Assembly (NCBI GenBank): GCA_003336485.1
Contig: QENH01000200.1
Coordinates: 7,510 to 71,509 of the forward strand
Reading direction: 5' to 3'
Length of the DNA: 64,000 bases
Source: Candidatus Methanophagales archaeon
Lineage (GTDB): Archaea; Halobacteriota; Syntropharchaeia; Alkanophagales; Methanospirareceae
Positions 40,514 through 50,622 of this stretch are shown piece after piece; positions within the stretch are counted from its first letter, which is position 1, and every line of letters starts with the position of its first letter. The position numbers and the translations under genes are program-made. The notes below the pieces were generated by a model. It did not search any database and had not been told where the DNA came from. It saw only the letters and a program-made list of their open reading frames with translations.

Positions 40514-42811
40514 TTACTGTTCCAATCTAACAATTGGTATCCAAGTATTATAAACTATTATGCTTAGATATGTTTCGGGACCCGTATCAAATTCACTTTC
40601 TGTTGCAACAATAGTAACTTCCCTTGGCTTTGCGATATTTCCTTCTTCATCATTGGCATGTATTATAAAAGTATATCTACCCTCCTTCTTCGGAACAAAG
40701 CTCACCATATACCTATTTCCTACCTCTTCTTTTAACTCCAATGTGGTCAAGTTTATTTCATACATTGTATCATTGCTTATCTGGTCTATGGCAAAATCAG
40801 GTTCAATCAGGGTTACATATACACGCTCTACCTTCAAATCATCTACTACTACCGCCCATATCTCTATTTCTTCACCCACCATCACAGTCTGATTATCAAT
40901 TGAATCTAAGATAGTTGGAGGGAAATCAAGGGCTCCGAATTGGGATCCTATGTATGTTGACGATGACAAAGAGCCATCTCCAGGATATACTGGTGCGGGA
41001 TGCCCAATTCCATCACCATTGTCATCCAACAACGAAATTTGAGGCGATAATCCTACTTTATCGAGCGTATCAGAATATGCTTTTATCTCAGGCACATTTG
41101 ATGTTTCTTCAAAAGCTTCTTTTATGTTCTTCCCTTTTGCTATCGAGTTGAAGAAATATTTTGAGAATGTAGCGCCTGTTTGCTCTATCAACGAATTCGC
41201 TTTTGCGCCCGTTGATGTTACAATTATCCTGCCAGCCGTTGAAAGATTACAAATGAAACTGCCAGAACTACACGATTCTATCACCACCGTTATCTTATAG
41301 CATCCCGTATCAGCGGACAATTCATCCAGATTAGAATCCAACTCCGAAGAACTCAATGTCTCTCCAAGTCCTTTTAACAGAAGCATATCTTCTTTTCCAT
41401 GACCTATTATGTAAATGAACAATGGGACCTCGGTGCCTACTTTCCCCTCTGCCCATGTGTTTATCGCATACGAAATATTTTCCTTTGATGTTTGCATGTC
41501 TACTCTCTCAAAGTTCATGGGACTGAGATAAAATAGCCTTTCATCAGTGAAGCCGCGCTTCAAGAGTGTGTCATAAGTCATGTTTGCTGTCAGGTCAATG
41601 TAATTCTGCGATAGCCATTCGTCGTTTCTGCCAACGATTATAATTGCATATCCTACTTCAATACGGTATTGTTTTACGGTAAAACACATAGTTTCGCTCT
41701 TTATCGCTTTCCCTCCGATAACACAAGAGGCATTTACGTTCCATTCTCCGACCTCATTTGGCGGAAAAGTAATGGCGTAGGAGCCGCTTAATGTGGTCAT
41801 TACAGGCTGCTCTGCAATTTCACCTGTGGGCGATTTGAATATCATGGTTACTATTGTGCTGGATGCAGGAACTATTTCTCCAGAAACCGTTACGCTTTCT
41901 GATCTGTTCAACATAGCAGGACTTACTGAGATTGTGATATGTGTTGGTGGGGTTGGAGTGGGAGTTGGATATTCGTAAGTTGTGGGGGATGCAACAGGTG
42001 TTGGCGTTTGCTGAGCTGAGGGTGAAGGCGTTAATGTTTGAGAAGGTGAAGGTTCTGGAGTGGGAACCGCTCCTCTTGCCTCCTTCTTATCCACTATAAA
42101 ACCAAAAGCAATACCGCTACCATCAGTTTCGAGCTTAATCTTTAACGTGTCCCCAGTGAACCATTCCGTCCACATATCCGCTTCACTTAAAGGGCCCCAA
42201 CTGTATCCATATGTTGCAAGTTCATTCTTGTCTATATCGAGTATCCGCACATAATCATCTTCCAAGAGTTCTATCTTGGTAAAATGAATCCTCATTTCAG
42301 CTACTCCCGGTTCCGAGATGGTCCAGATGTTTTCATAGTTGTTTGCATACGGATGATAGGTTTCTGCTAAATATGAGGATGTTGGTGCTGATTCTGTCCG
42401 CCTTTCCACTTCATCCACTATAAAACCAAAAGCAATACCGCTACCATCAGTTTCGAGCTTAATCTTTAACGTGTCCCCAGTGAACCATTCCGTCCACATA
42501 TCCGCTTCACTTAAAGGGCCCCAACTGTATCCATATGTTGCAAGTTCATTCTTGTCTATATCGAGTATCCGCACATAATCATCTTCCAAGAGTTCTATCT
42601 TGGTAAAATGAATCCTCATTTCAGCTACTCCCGGTTCCGAGATGGTCCAGATGTTTTCATAGTTGTTTGCATACGGATGATAGGATTCTGCTAAATACGA
42701 AGCTGAAACAGTTTGGATTCCGAGTGGGAAGATTCCGATTGACAAGACACATATCAAAAGGATACTACCTAAAAATATGCCGAGCTTCATGATTTTGCCC
42801 TTTCTCTTCAT
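40514..42811 (-). CDS. Secreted legumain/C13-like cysteine peptidase with two tandem CUB-like domains
   Basis: - Signal peptide.
- Two ~130-aa near-identical CUB-like domains ([18 protein letters not shown]...YVRILD...).
- Peptidase core with His in IIGHG and Cys in VIESCSSG, the C13/caspase-like dyad arrangement. Confidence 0.55.
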   Translation of the reverse strand: MKRKGKIMKLGIFLGSILLICVLSIGIFPLGIQTVSASYLAESYHPYANNYENIWTISEPGVAEMRIHFTKIELLEDDYVRILDIDKNELATYGYSWGPLSEADMWTEWFTGDTLKIKLETDGSGIAFGFIVDEVERRTESAPTSSYLAETYHPYANNYENIWTISEPGVAEMRIHFTKIELLEDDYVRILDIDKNELATYGYSWGPLSEADMWTEWFTGDTLKIKLETDGSGIAFGFIVDKKEARGAVPTPEPSPSQTLTPSPSAQQTPTPVASPTTYEYPTPTPTPPTHITISVSPAMLNRSESVTVSGEIVPASSTIVTMIFKSPTGEIAEQPVMTTLSGSYAITFPPNEVGEWNVNASCVIGGKAIKSETMCFTVKQYRIEVGYAIIIVGRNDEWLSQNYIDLTANMTYDTLLKRGFTDERLFYLSPMNFERVDMQTSKENISYAINTWAEGKVGTEVPLFIYIIGHGKEDMLLLKGLGETLSSSELDSNLDELSADTGCYKITVVIESCSSGSFICNLSTAGRIIVTSTGAKANSLIEQTGATFSKYFFNSIAKGKNIKEAFEETSNVPEIKAYSDTLDKVGLSPQISLLDDNGDGIGHPAPVYPGDGSLSSSTYIGSQFGALDFPPTILDSIDNQTVMVGEEIEIWAVVVDDLKVERVYVTLIEPDFAIDQISNDTMYEINLTTLELKEEVGNRYMVSFVPKKEGRYTFIIHANDEEGNIAKPREVTIVATESEFDTGPETYLSIIVYNTWIPIVRLEQ
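42091..42694 (-). repeat. Near-perfect tandem duplication of the CUB-like domain coding segment (2 copies of ~324 bp)
   Basis: Read directly from the sequence: 42091-42370 and 42415-42694 are nearly identical. Confidence 0.85.
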
Positions 42812-42870
42812 GCTCTCTTCACACCATATAATAAAAAAAGTGAGGCTATTTTTTTTTTCGCCTCACAAGA
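42812..42870 (-). terminator. Hairpin plus oligo-T terminator-like structure after the stop of the PGF-CTERM gene at 42846-43538
   Basis: On the minus strand the sequence is GTGAGGC-GAAAAAAAAAATA-GCCTCAC followed by TTTTTTTT, and the hairpin spans the stop codon. Archaeal termination typically occurs at oligo-T tracts. Confidence 0.5.
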
Positions 42871-43538
42871 TATGCTACTGCTAATGATCCTGTGACCGCT
42901 AAAACTGCTTCAAATCCGGATATTATCGCTGGCGTTTCAGTTGGTAGTTCCTTTACCGTTATAGGATATGTTAGCGATATTGGATTATAATGGTCTTTGT
43001 TATTCCCTGGATAATATAATCCGCTGAAATGTAAAGTATGCTGACCAATTCTCGCATTCTCATCCGCTTTGATATGTAGCGAGATTGTCCTCACCGTTCC
43101 GGGTGGGATTTCGAAAAGTGGTGCATAAGCAACTCCAGCGGCTGTTGCCCATGCATATTCTTCTGAATAGATATGTATTCCGGAAGGAACACTGACATGC
43201 GCTTCCATATGCAATACCACATCGTTCAACGACGGATTGTCTATATATAACTCAACAATACCATCTTGTTTCTTTTCAATTATATCAATTACTGGCCTTA
43301 AACGAACAGTTGGCCCCACTCTGAATTTCTCTTCCGATGGTTTTGGTGTAGCTGGCGCTGGCGTAATAGTGGAGGTAACCACAGGTATAGTTGTTGGCGT
43401 AGACGTTATTATTGGTGCAGGCGTTAGCGTAACGGGCGTTATTGAGGAGGTATATAGCATTGGATAAACAACAAAGGCAATAAGACTAATTACTGCGATT
43501 ATAACACTTGCTAAAGCTATTTTTTCACCTTTATCCAT
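42846..43538 (-). CDS. PGF-CTERM-anchored surface protein
   Basis: - N-terminal TM/signal anchor.
- Thr/Pro-rich stretch.
- C-terminal SGFEAVLAVTGSLAVAYLVRRKKK, a PGF-CTERM signal. Confidence 0.7.
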   Translation of the reverse strand: MDKGEKIALASVIIAVISLIAFVVYPMLYTSSITPVTLTPAPIITSTPTTIPVVTSTITPAPATPKPSEEKFRVGPTVRLRPVIDIIEKKQDGIVELYIDNPSLNDVVLHMEAHVSVPSGIHIYSEEYAWATAAGVAYAPLFEIPPGTVRTISLHIKADENARIGQHTLHFSGLYYPGNNKDHYNPISLTYPITVKELPTETPAIISGFEAVLAVTGSLAVAYLVRRKKK

Positions 43539-43669
43539 TACGTTTCATCTCCTTTTCATAACCTACTTTCATGGATAGATTTACAAATAAACTTGGGTAT
43601 GATAAATGAATAGCCATCGGGAAAAAAAATCATATTCTTAAAATAGCTAGTGCGGGCTGCTTAAATCAA

Positions 43670-43766
43670 TCATTTCTTTCGTCCTACGAAATATGCTATG
43701 GCTAATAGCTCAGCGATAGCAAATATTACTTCAAATCTCGGCGATTTTTGGTAATAGGGGTGCTAA
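43670..43766 (-). pseudogene. Orphan remnant of a PGF-CTERM gene 3' end
   Basis: Own translation of the minus strand: ...HPYYQKSPRFEVIFAIAELLAIAYFVGRKK*. There is no start codon, and an in-frame stop lies immediately upstream. Confidence 0.5.
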
Positions 43767-43831
43767 AAATGTACAACTTAAAAATAGCACAATACTGTAT
43801 CTCTTCCATTTTTGCTTTTTGACCATAACGG

Positions 43832-45088
43832 TTACAGATTCGCCTTATACGCCTCTATCGTCTTCTCTATATCATCGTCAGTATGTGCAAAACAGACGAA
43901 ATTCGTCTCAAACTGAGAAGGCGGAAAGAACACACCAGCAGACAACATTTTATGGAAAAAGCGTGTATATTTGGCTTTATCGCAATCCAAAGCATCGGCA
44001 TAGTTCTTTACCGCCGCACCGCCTGGACTAAAGAAGACCTTGAACATCGAACCAACACCCGAAACACAGCCTTCAACGCCTGAGTCACGCACTAGCTCGC
44101 TTAAAACTGACCGCATAGTCGCACCACGCTCGTTTATCCTTTCCGGTACACTATCTCGTTCCAATATCTCTATCGTTTTCAAGCCCGCAGTAACCGAAAC
44201 AGGATTACCACTAAATGTCCCTGCCTGATATACCGCACCGGAAGGCGCTACTAACGCCATAATCTCGCGCTTGCCGCCGAACATGCCGATAGGGAAACCA
44301 CCACCTACGATCTTACCCAAAACCGTTAAGTCCGCATCCACACCATAATATTCCTGCGCACCGCCCAACGCCAACCGAAAGCCAGTAATTACCTCATCAA
44401 GAATGAGTAGTACGTCGTTCTCCTTCGTTATTCTTCGCACTTCACCCAAATAGTCATCTGCAGGCGGTATCGGACCCACATTCCCCATCACCGGCTCCAA
44501 TATAATAGCAGCAACCGAATTATTCTCCAGCACAGAGGTAAGCGCCTCCGTATCATTAAATGGAATTTGAAGCGTGTTCGTCACGGAATCCTTAGGTATA
44601 CCTTCTGAGTCAGGAATACCAAATGTTGTAGCGCCGGAACCTGCCTTTACGAGCACGCCATCATGTGCACCGTGAAACCCGCCCTCTATCTTCACTATTT
44701 TATCGCGTCCCGTAAACCCCCTTGCAAGCCTTATAGCCGCCATCGTTGCTTCACTCCCGGTATTAACAAACCGGACCATCTCAACAGAAGGGTAATGGCT
44801 TATTACCTTCTTCGCAAGCGTTATCTCCTTCTCATGCGGCGTACCATAAAGCCACCCTTTTTCGAGCTGATCTACGACTGCATGCTTCACCTCTTCGTTT
44901 CCATGCCCTAAAACAAGCGGGCCATACGCCAAACAGTAGTCAATGTATTCTTTACCATCCACATCGTATATCTTCGACCCTTTCGCACGCGCCGTATAAA
45001 ACGGATACGGCTTATATGCTCGCACCGGGCTGCTAACACCACCGGGCATATACCCCTTTGCAAGTTCAAAAAGCTTCTCGGATTTCAT
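43832..45088 (-). CDS. hemL: Glutamate-1-semialdehyde 2,1-aminomutase
   Basis: 418 aa with an aminotransferase class III fold and an overall sequence ([12 protein letters not shown]...) that matches HemL. Confidence 0.9.
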   Translation of the reverse strand: MKSEKLFELAKGYMPGGVSSPVRAYKPYPFYTARAKGSKIYDVDGKEYIDYCLAYGPLVLGHGNEEVKHAVVDQLEKGWLYGTPHEKEITLAKKVISHYPSVEMVRFVNTGSEATMAAIRLARGFTGRDKIVKIEGGFHGAHDGVLVKAGSGATTFGIPDSEGIPKDSVTNTLQIPFNDTEALTSVLENNSVAAIILEPVMGNVGPIPPADDYLGEVRRITKENDVLLILDEVITGFRLALGGAQEYYGVDADLTVLGKIVGGGFPIGMFGGKREIMALVAPSGAVYQAGTFSGNPVSVTAGLKTIEILERDSVPERINERGATMRSVLSELVRDSGVEGCVSGVGSMFKVFFSPGGAAVKNYADALDCDKAKYTRFFHKMLSAGVFFPPSQFETNFVCFAHTDDDIEKTIEAYKANL

Positions 45089-45089
45089 T

Positions 45090-45449
45090 TTACTTCAATT
45101 CCTTCAGTCTTATAGCTTCATTTATACGCAACAAATCTATTAAATGCTCACAAGCCCTAAAAGCCGCCGTCCTATGCTTCGCACCTACCAAAATAGCAAC
45201 GATAATATCGCCCACTTCCAGTAAGCCATGCCGATGTATGACCTCCACAGCTTCGATGTCAAACTTATCAAAAGCATCTCGTTTTAACTGCTCAAGCTCG
45301 GCCTGCGCATTATCTTCTAGCTCTACTGCCATGCCTTTTAGACCCGCCTCAGCCCGCACCACACCGACAAAAGTCACTATGGCACCTATACCCCGCTTCT
45401 CCATCGCCCTTACGGCGCCATCAATGGAAATCTCTTGTTCTGTAATCAT
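45090..45449 (-). CDS. moaE: Molybdopterin synthase catalytic subunit MoaE
   Basis: [11 protein letters not shown] and [36 protein letters not shown] align with E. coli MoaE. Confidence 0.6.
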   Translation of the reverse strand: MITEQEISIDGAVRAMEKRGIGAIVTFVGVVRAEAGLKGMAVELEDNAQAELEQLKRDAFDKFDIEAVEVIHRHGLLEVGDIIVAILVGAKHRTAAFRACEHLIDLLRINEAIRLKELK

Positions 45450-45495
45450 CTAAAAATGCGCTTTATTTTATTTCGCTATGTTCTATTATGCTAGG

Positions 45496-45837
45496 TTATA
45501 CCCTTCTTATTGTAATATCGCGCTTCTTTGGCATCAACTGCCGCAGGATTTCCTTAAATTGAGTATCGTTTATCATGCTCTTTAGCCTTCCACTCTGCGC
45601 TAATCCAATTAGCTGGTTCTCTAGCAGTTCCGCATATTCTGGCTTTGCCATTCTTATGTTCGTTAGCCGTTCTCGCGCTTCCGGTGAGAGAATCTGCTTG
45701 ATAATACTTTGTTTCGCCTCTTCTATCTCTTGCCGCTTTTCCTCTTCCGCGCCCGCTCCTGCCTGAACCTGCGCCAGCTCTTCATACTTGCGCCTTTTTA
45801 TCGCTTCTAGTTCCGCTTCACTCGCCATTTGTAACAC
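45496..45837 (-). CDS. PDCD5/TFAR19-like dsDNA-binding protein
   Basis: 113 aa. QILSPEARERLTNIRMAKPEYAELLENQLIGLAQSGRL is the conserved PDCD5-family core. Confidence 0.7.
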   Translation of the reverse strand: MLQMASEAELEAIKRRKYEELAQVQAGAGAEEEKRQEIEEAKQSIIKQILSPEARERLTNIRMAKPEYAELLENQLIGLAQSGRLKSMINDTQFKEILRQLMPKKRDITIRRV

Positions 45838-46288
45838 CTGCTGCTTCTTCTAAGACTTCCTTGATCGGTTCTTGAGTATTTTTTAGCTCGTGTGCGGCAT
45901 CATCGAGAAAAGATTGCCCCTTTGGCGATATTTTACGCCCTTTTTTCGTCTTTATCACATACTCGGCCTGTTCTAACTGAGAAAGCACCTCTCGTATTAT
46001 CTTCCCAGAAGCAGCTCTAAACCGCGCTTTCTTTACGCCCCTTCTGGCACTACTACCGTAATACGTACGAAGCCTTGACACTCCTACAGGCCCATGAAGA
46101 TATATCTGCCGCAGCACAGATGCACATCGCACCCACCACCAGTCCTTATCCTCAGGCGGTAATTCCTTGCTCATGCCTTTCTTTACGTCCTTGCTCCACT
46201 CTGGCATAGTGATAACCTTGTTCTTCTTTAATTCCGCCCCTACCGACTTCGTCAGTTTATCCGGTGGCACATCGTATACCGTCGTCAT
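45818..46288 (-). CDS. rps19e: 30S ribosomal protein S19e
   Basis: 156 aa. The sequence TVYDVP...KDWWWVRCASVLRQIY matches S19e. Confidence 0.85.
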   Translation of the reverse strand: MTTVYDVPPDKLTKSVGAELKKNKVITMPEWSKDVKKGMSKELPPEDKDWWWVRCASVLRQIYLHGPVGVSRLRTYYGSSARRGVKKARFRAASGKIIREVLSQLEQAEYVIKTKKGRKISPKGQSFLDDAAHELKNTQEPIKEVLEEAAGVTNGE

Positions 46289-46333
46289 TTTACTTTACTT
46301 TTTTATTGCAGACATAAAAAGTTATTTGATAAA

Positions 46334-46374
46334 AAACCTTTTCTTAGAATGAAAAGCTTTACCAAAAGAAACAG
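46334..46374. promoter_or_regulatory. ~40-nt quasi-palindromic intergenic motif, copy B. Copy A is at 8217-8254 (inverted) and copy C at 54774-54812.
   Basis: Consensus: AACCTTTTCTTAGAA(A/T)GAAAAGCTTTACCAAAAGAAACA. All three copies lie in divergent promoter regions. Confidence 0.5.
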
Positions 46375-46475
46375 GTTTTTCTGCGAAGCATTTATGATAA
46401 AGTTTTTTGTAAAAAGAAAAAGAGTAAAGAAAGCGTCATTAAAGTAATAAGATACAATAAAAGGAGAAGAAACAA

Positions 46476-47906
46476 ATGGAAGTGAAAATCGGTTTGGAAT
46501 GCCATGCACAACTTCTTACAAAGTCTAAATTGTTTTGTTCTTGCTCTACAGACTATCATAACGCTGATCCAAATACGCACGTCTGTGCAACCTGTTTAGG
46601 CTTACCCGGCGCTTTGCCGGTCGTGAACACACGAGCAATAGGATATGCGATAAAAATAGCGCTTGCTTTGGGCTGTGAAGTGCAAGAGGAAACCATATTC
46701 TACCGAAAGAATTATTACTATCCCGACCTACCCAGAGGGTTCCAGATCACGCAGTATGATTTCCCCATCGCTTTTAATGGCTTGGTACGAATAGAAAGTG
46801 ATAGCGGCGATGGAAGCAAAGAGCGAGAGATAAGGATTACGCGCGTGCATATGGAGGAAGACCCCGGTAGGCTGGCATATAAGGGTACGATAGATAGCGC
46901 GAAATATTCTCTTGTTGATTATAACCGGTCGGGAATGCCGTTAGTTGAGATAGTGACCGAGCCCGACCTCAAGTCGCCGAAAGAGGCGCGGATATTCTTA
47001 GGTAAGTTGAGGAGCATACTGGAATATTTAGACGTCTATGATGGCGATTTGGAAGGTGCAATGCGAGTTGATGCGAATATATCCATAGAAGGGGGCGATA
47101 GGGCAGAAGTAAAGAACATATCGTCATATAAGGGTGTGGAGCGTGCGTTATTGTTCGAGATAACACGGCAGAAGAATTTGTTGCGCCGAGGACTTAATGT
47201 CCGACTGGAGACACGCCATTACGATGAAGTGCGTGGGATAACTCTTTCCATGCGTACGAAAGAGTTTGAGCATGACTATCGCTATTTCCCAGAGCCAGAT
47301 CTCGTGCCTATTTGCATTTCTGACCGTGTAGAAGCGGTGAGGCAGGAGATACCCGAACTCCCGGACGAAAAGCGGAAGCGATTCCTCGCCCTATATTCTA
47401 TTACACCGGAACATGCGAGTTCGCTCACTTACGATCTCCCTATTGCGGTTTACTACGAAGCTGTAGCGTCTAAGATAGATCCGCGGTTAAGTGCTACGTG
47501 GATTGCGGATGTTCTGAAGGGCGAACTGAATTATCGCTCTATTTCAATGCGTGAGGCGTCAAAAAGGATACCTCATGATGAGTTCGTCACCATCTTGCGA
47601 TCTTTGGAGCAGGGTGTGATTACCGAGCGAGGGGCGACTACGATAATAAGGGCGATGCTTGATAAGGGCGGTAAGCCAGAAGAGATAATCAAGATAAAAG
47701 GTCTGGCAAGTATGGGTTCGGAAGAGACGGAAAAGATAATCTATGGCGTACTAAAGGATAACAAAGCCGTAATAGCAGATTATAAAGCGGGAAAAAAGGA
47801 AACGTTGAATTTCTTAGTCGGGCAGGTAATGAAGCATACACAGGGTAGAGCGGACCCAAAAGAAGTTAGTAGATTGATACGGGACAAGATAGAAAGTGGC
47901 GTTTAG
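46476..47906 (+). CDS. gatB: Asp-tRNA(Asn)/Glu-tRNA(Gln) amidotransferase subunit B
   Basis: 476 aa. The N-terminus IGLECHAQL.TKSKLFCSC...CATCLGLPGALPVVN is the GatB signature. It is shorter than GatE. Confidence 0.85.
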   Translation: MEVKIGLECHAQLLTKSKLFCSCSTDYHNADPNTHVCATCLGLPGALPVVNTRAIGYAIKIALALGCEVQEETIFYRKNYYYPDLPRGFQITQYDFPIAFNGLVRIESDSGDGSKEREIRITRVHMEEDPGRLAYKGTIDSAKYSLVDYNRSGMPLVEIVTEPDLKSPKEARIFLGKLRSILEYLDVYDGDLEGAMRVDANISIEGGDRAEVKNISSYKGVERALLFEITRQKNLLRRGLNVRLETRHYDEVRGITLSMRTKEFEHDYRYFPEPDLVPICISDRVEAVRQEIPELPDEKRKRFLALYSITPEHASSLTYDLPIAVYYEAVASKIDPRLSATWIADVLKGELNYRSISMREASKRIPHDEFVTILRSLEQGVITERGATTIIRAMLDKGGKPEEIIKIKGLASMGSEETEKIIYGVLKDNKAVIADYKAGKKETLNFLVGQVMKHTQGRADPKEVSRLIRDKIESGV

Positions 47907-47949
47907 GAGAGTTGTATTTGGTTAGCGAACCATAAAAAAAAGTATTCCA

Positions 47950-48491
47950 TCATCCTTTGATAAAATCAGCCTCTGACGCTGTGATCAACTTATACATCTT
48001 CGGCCGCCTGTCCTTGAGGTAGCTATGGTTGGCCGCTGGATGGGTCATCCCATAGTGCCCCGAGATGCAGTCAGCAATAAGCAACGTGTCCTGCTGATGA
48101 TTGGCCTGAACAATGATGTCACCGTGAGGTCCTATAATGATACTGTTGCCGCGATAGTGCCATTGGTTTGAATCTCGTTCCTCATATCCTGCACGGTTAG
48201 AATATGCATAGAATACATTATTAGTATATGCAAAGGCTGGAAGCACGAGAGTTGAAACGTCAGGATATGGAACAGCACTGCGATTGCCGTTGGGTAGAGT
48301 ATAATAATAGTCCGCAGCAGTTGGACCTACAATGAGCTTTGCACCTTTGAGGGCGAGCATTCGAGAAAGCTCAGGGAACTCATTCTCATAGCAGTTGAGA
48401 ATACCAACAGGTTCACCACGCGCTCATGGAGCACCGCGGTTTGTGGATATTGAAAGTGGTCAATAAAATTTTTGTTGATGTTTTCCATGAA
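47950..48491 (-). pseudogene. Carbon-nitrogen hydrolase (nitrilase superfamily) gene remnant, frameshifted and N-terminally truncated
   Basis: The 136-aa ORF holds only the C-terminal half. The catalytic-Cys region GEPVGILNCYENEFPE lies upstream in a different frame, preceded by an in-frame TGA. An ATG at 48489 gives MENINKNF..., which frameshifts after ~25 codons. Confidence 0.5.
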
Positions 48492-48500
48492 GATCAAGCG

Positions 48501-49493
48501 TCAAAATCCATCTCGCTTCCTCAATCCCTCTTCATCTGCGTATCTCTCTATTAAAGGCCTTATCTCCTCGCTGTACCAGCCCTTTTTGATGTACCGCGGA
48601 TAGATAGGTAGTCGTTCCCGTAATTCGAAAGGTGCAACTCTCCTTCGGAGTTCGTCCTCTCGTGGCCATGGCGATTCGGGATTTATGTAGTCTATTGTCT
48701 TCTCCGCTATCCCGCCGAGGTCCGATGCGCCCAGTTCTATCAACTCCGTTGGCGAAGTCAAATTCGGCGGGACCTGTATCGCTATCTCATTCGGCAGTAT
48801 ATCTTTCGCTGCACGGACAACGTCCTTCAGCTCCTCGAAACTCGGTGGAGTTTTGTCCCCCATTGGTGTGAACGGTTTAGGTAAGAATGGCTGGATAATA
48901 ACCTCCTGTATGTGCCCATACTGCCCATGTACTGATTTTATAGCTTCTAAAGCGCGAATATGGTCGCCCTTTTCTTCGCCTATGCCAACTAATATGCCCG
49001 TAGTGAACGGTATCTTGAGCCTACCCGCCTCTTCCATCATCGCCAATCTCAGATTCGGATCTTTACCCGGCGAGTTCTTATGCGCTTCTAGTTCAGAAGT
49101 GGTTTCAAGCATCAAGCCTATAGACGCATTCACTGGTCGTAGTTCCTTTAATTCCGCTCTATTCAGCACGCCCAAATTGCAGTGAGGCAGTAATCCCTGC
49201 TTAATCGCGAGTTTGCACAGCTCTTTTGTGTATTCTATGAGGGTGGAGCACCCCAAAGAGGCAAGGCGATCTGTGAAGAAGTGCGCAAGATGTGCGAGTT
49301 CTGGCTTTTCGCCTGCTGTGAATAGCGCTTCTGTCACCGCACCGCAATTAGTTATGCCCTCTAAAAATTCGCGCTTCTCTATCACGTAAGCCTCTTCTAA
49401 GCTACGTGCTTTAAACACGCAATAGTCACATGCATTCCTGCATACATTCGTCACCGGTATGAAGATGTTCTTGGAGAAGGTGATGTATCTCAT
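48501..49493 (-). CDS. cofG: FO synthase subunit 1 (7,8-didemethyl-8-hydroxy-5-deazariboflavin synthase CofG)
   Basis: Radical SAM motif CRNACDYC and an overall sequence matching CofG, 330 aa. Confidence 0.8.
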   Translation of the reverse strand: MRYITFSKNIFIPVTNVCRNACDYCVFKARSLEEAYVIEKREFLEGITNCGAVTEALFTAGEKPELAHLAHFFTDRLASLGCSTLIEYTKELCKLAIKQGLLPHCNLGVLNRAELKELRPVNASIGLMLETTSELEAHKNSPGKDPNLRLAMMEEAGRLKIPFTTGILVGIGEEKGDHIRALEAIKSVHGQYGHIQEVIIQPFLPKPFTPMGDKTPPSFEELKDVVRAAKDILPNEIAIQVPPNLTSPTELIELGASDLGGIAEKTIDYINPESPWPREDELRRRVAPFELRERLPIYPRYIKKGWYSEEIRPLIERYADEEGLRKRDGF

Positions 49494-49546
49494 TTCCTTT
49501 TATTCTATTTCTCTTTGATTGCTTATATTTGATTTTTTGTATTTGA

Positions 49547-49660
49547 TAATCGGACGCAGATAATATGATTTTTAATATTTTTGATGGTTTATTAGACGGA
49601 GGAGATTATTAGACTCTTCTATCATCTCGTGGAAATCTGTGTAATCTCGTGGCGTATAAA
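49547..49660. repeat. Intergenic element, copy 2 (see 30701-30812)
   Basis: It shares the core AATCGGACGCAGATAAT...GACGGAGGAGATTATTAGA with copy 1. Confidence 0.5.
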
Positions 49661-49730
49661 AAAGGAGCTAAACAAATACAAGTTAAAGTATAAATATTAA
49701 TCACTGGCTAATGTGGGAGAGCGAAAGAAG

Positions 49731-50588
49731 ATGAAAATAATACCCGGAAAGTCGTCACAGCTCCTGGCTGCGAGAATAGCATCGGAACTGGACTGTAACG
49801 TCTCGTTATGTGAGTTCAAGAAATTCCCCGATGGGGAGTCATACACGCGAGTATTAGATGACATAAAAGACGAAGAAGTAACCATCGTTCAGAGCATCGT
49901 AACCGATTCCGACCTGATATGCCTGTTGCAACTGATAGATGCGGTAGAAGAAGCGCATGAAACAACAGTGGTTATACCGTATCTAGGGTATGCGAGACAG
50001 GATAAGAAGTTTAAATCAGGCGAGGCGATAAGCGCAAGAGCTGTTGCAAGGTGCTTGTGTCTTGATAGTATCAAAAGGATTTATGTAGTTAATGTGCATA
50101 ATAACGCCATATTGCAGTATTTCGATAAAGAAACAAAGGATCTGGATGCAGCTCACACAATTGGCGATTACATAGCGAGGAAGGAAATAACACATCCTGT
50201 GATAATCGGACCGGACGCAGGAGCGAATGGGTTAGCGAAAGCAGTTGCCGCACCTCATGGCTTCGATTACGATGTGCTGGAGAAGCGGCGGATAAGCGGC
50301 GAGGAAGTGGAAATATCGCCGCGAGCGTTGAGCGTGGCGGGGAAGAACGTTATTATCGTAGATGACATCATCTCTACCGGTGGCACAATAGCAGAAGCGG
50401 CCACTATGCTAAAAGCGCAGGGCGCAGTGGACGTTCATGTTACGTGCATACATGGCCTTTTTGTGCAAAATGCGACTCTGCGGATGTTTAAAGCAGGCGT
50501 CAAAGAGATAACCGCAACGGATACATTAGAATCCGCTTTTAGCACGATAAGCATCGCTAAGATGGTTGCCGAAGAGTTGACGAAGTGA
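49731..50588 (+). CDS. prs: Ribose-phosphate pyrophosphokinase
   Basis: Start placed at MKIIPGKSS. The PRPP-binding loop IIVDDIISTGGT is present. The ORF-track start at 49713 is also possible. Confidence 0.85.
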   Translation: MKIIPGKSSQLLAARIASELDCNVSLCEFKKFPDGESYTRVLDDIKDEEVTIVQSIVTDSDLICLLQLIDAVEEAHETTVVIPYLGYARQDKKFKSGEAISARAVARCLCLDSIKRIYVVNVHNNAILQYFDKETKDLDAAHTIGDYIARKEITHPVIIGPDAGANGLAKAVAAPHGFDYDVLEKRRISGEEVEISPRALSVAGKNVIIVDDIISTGGTIAEAATMLKAQGAVDVHVTCIHGLFVQNATLRMFKAGVKEITATDTLESAFSTISIAKMVAEELTK

Positions 50589-50622
50589 AAAATAAATAAA
50601 TAATCTTGTGGTTTCCTTTTCG

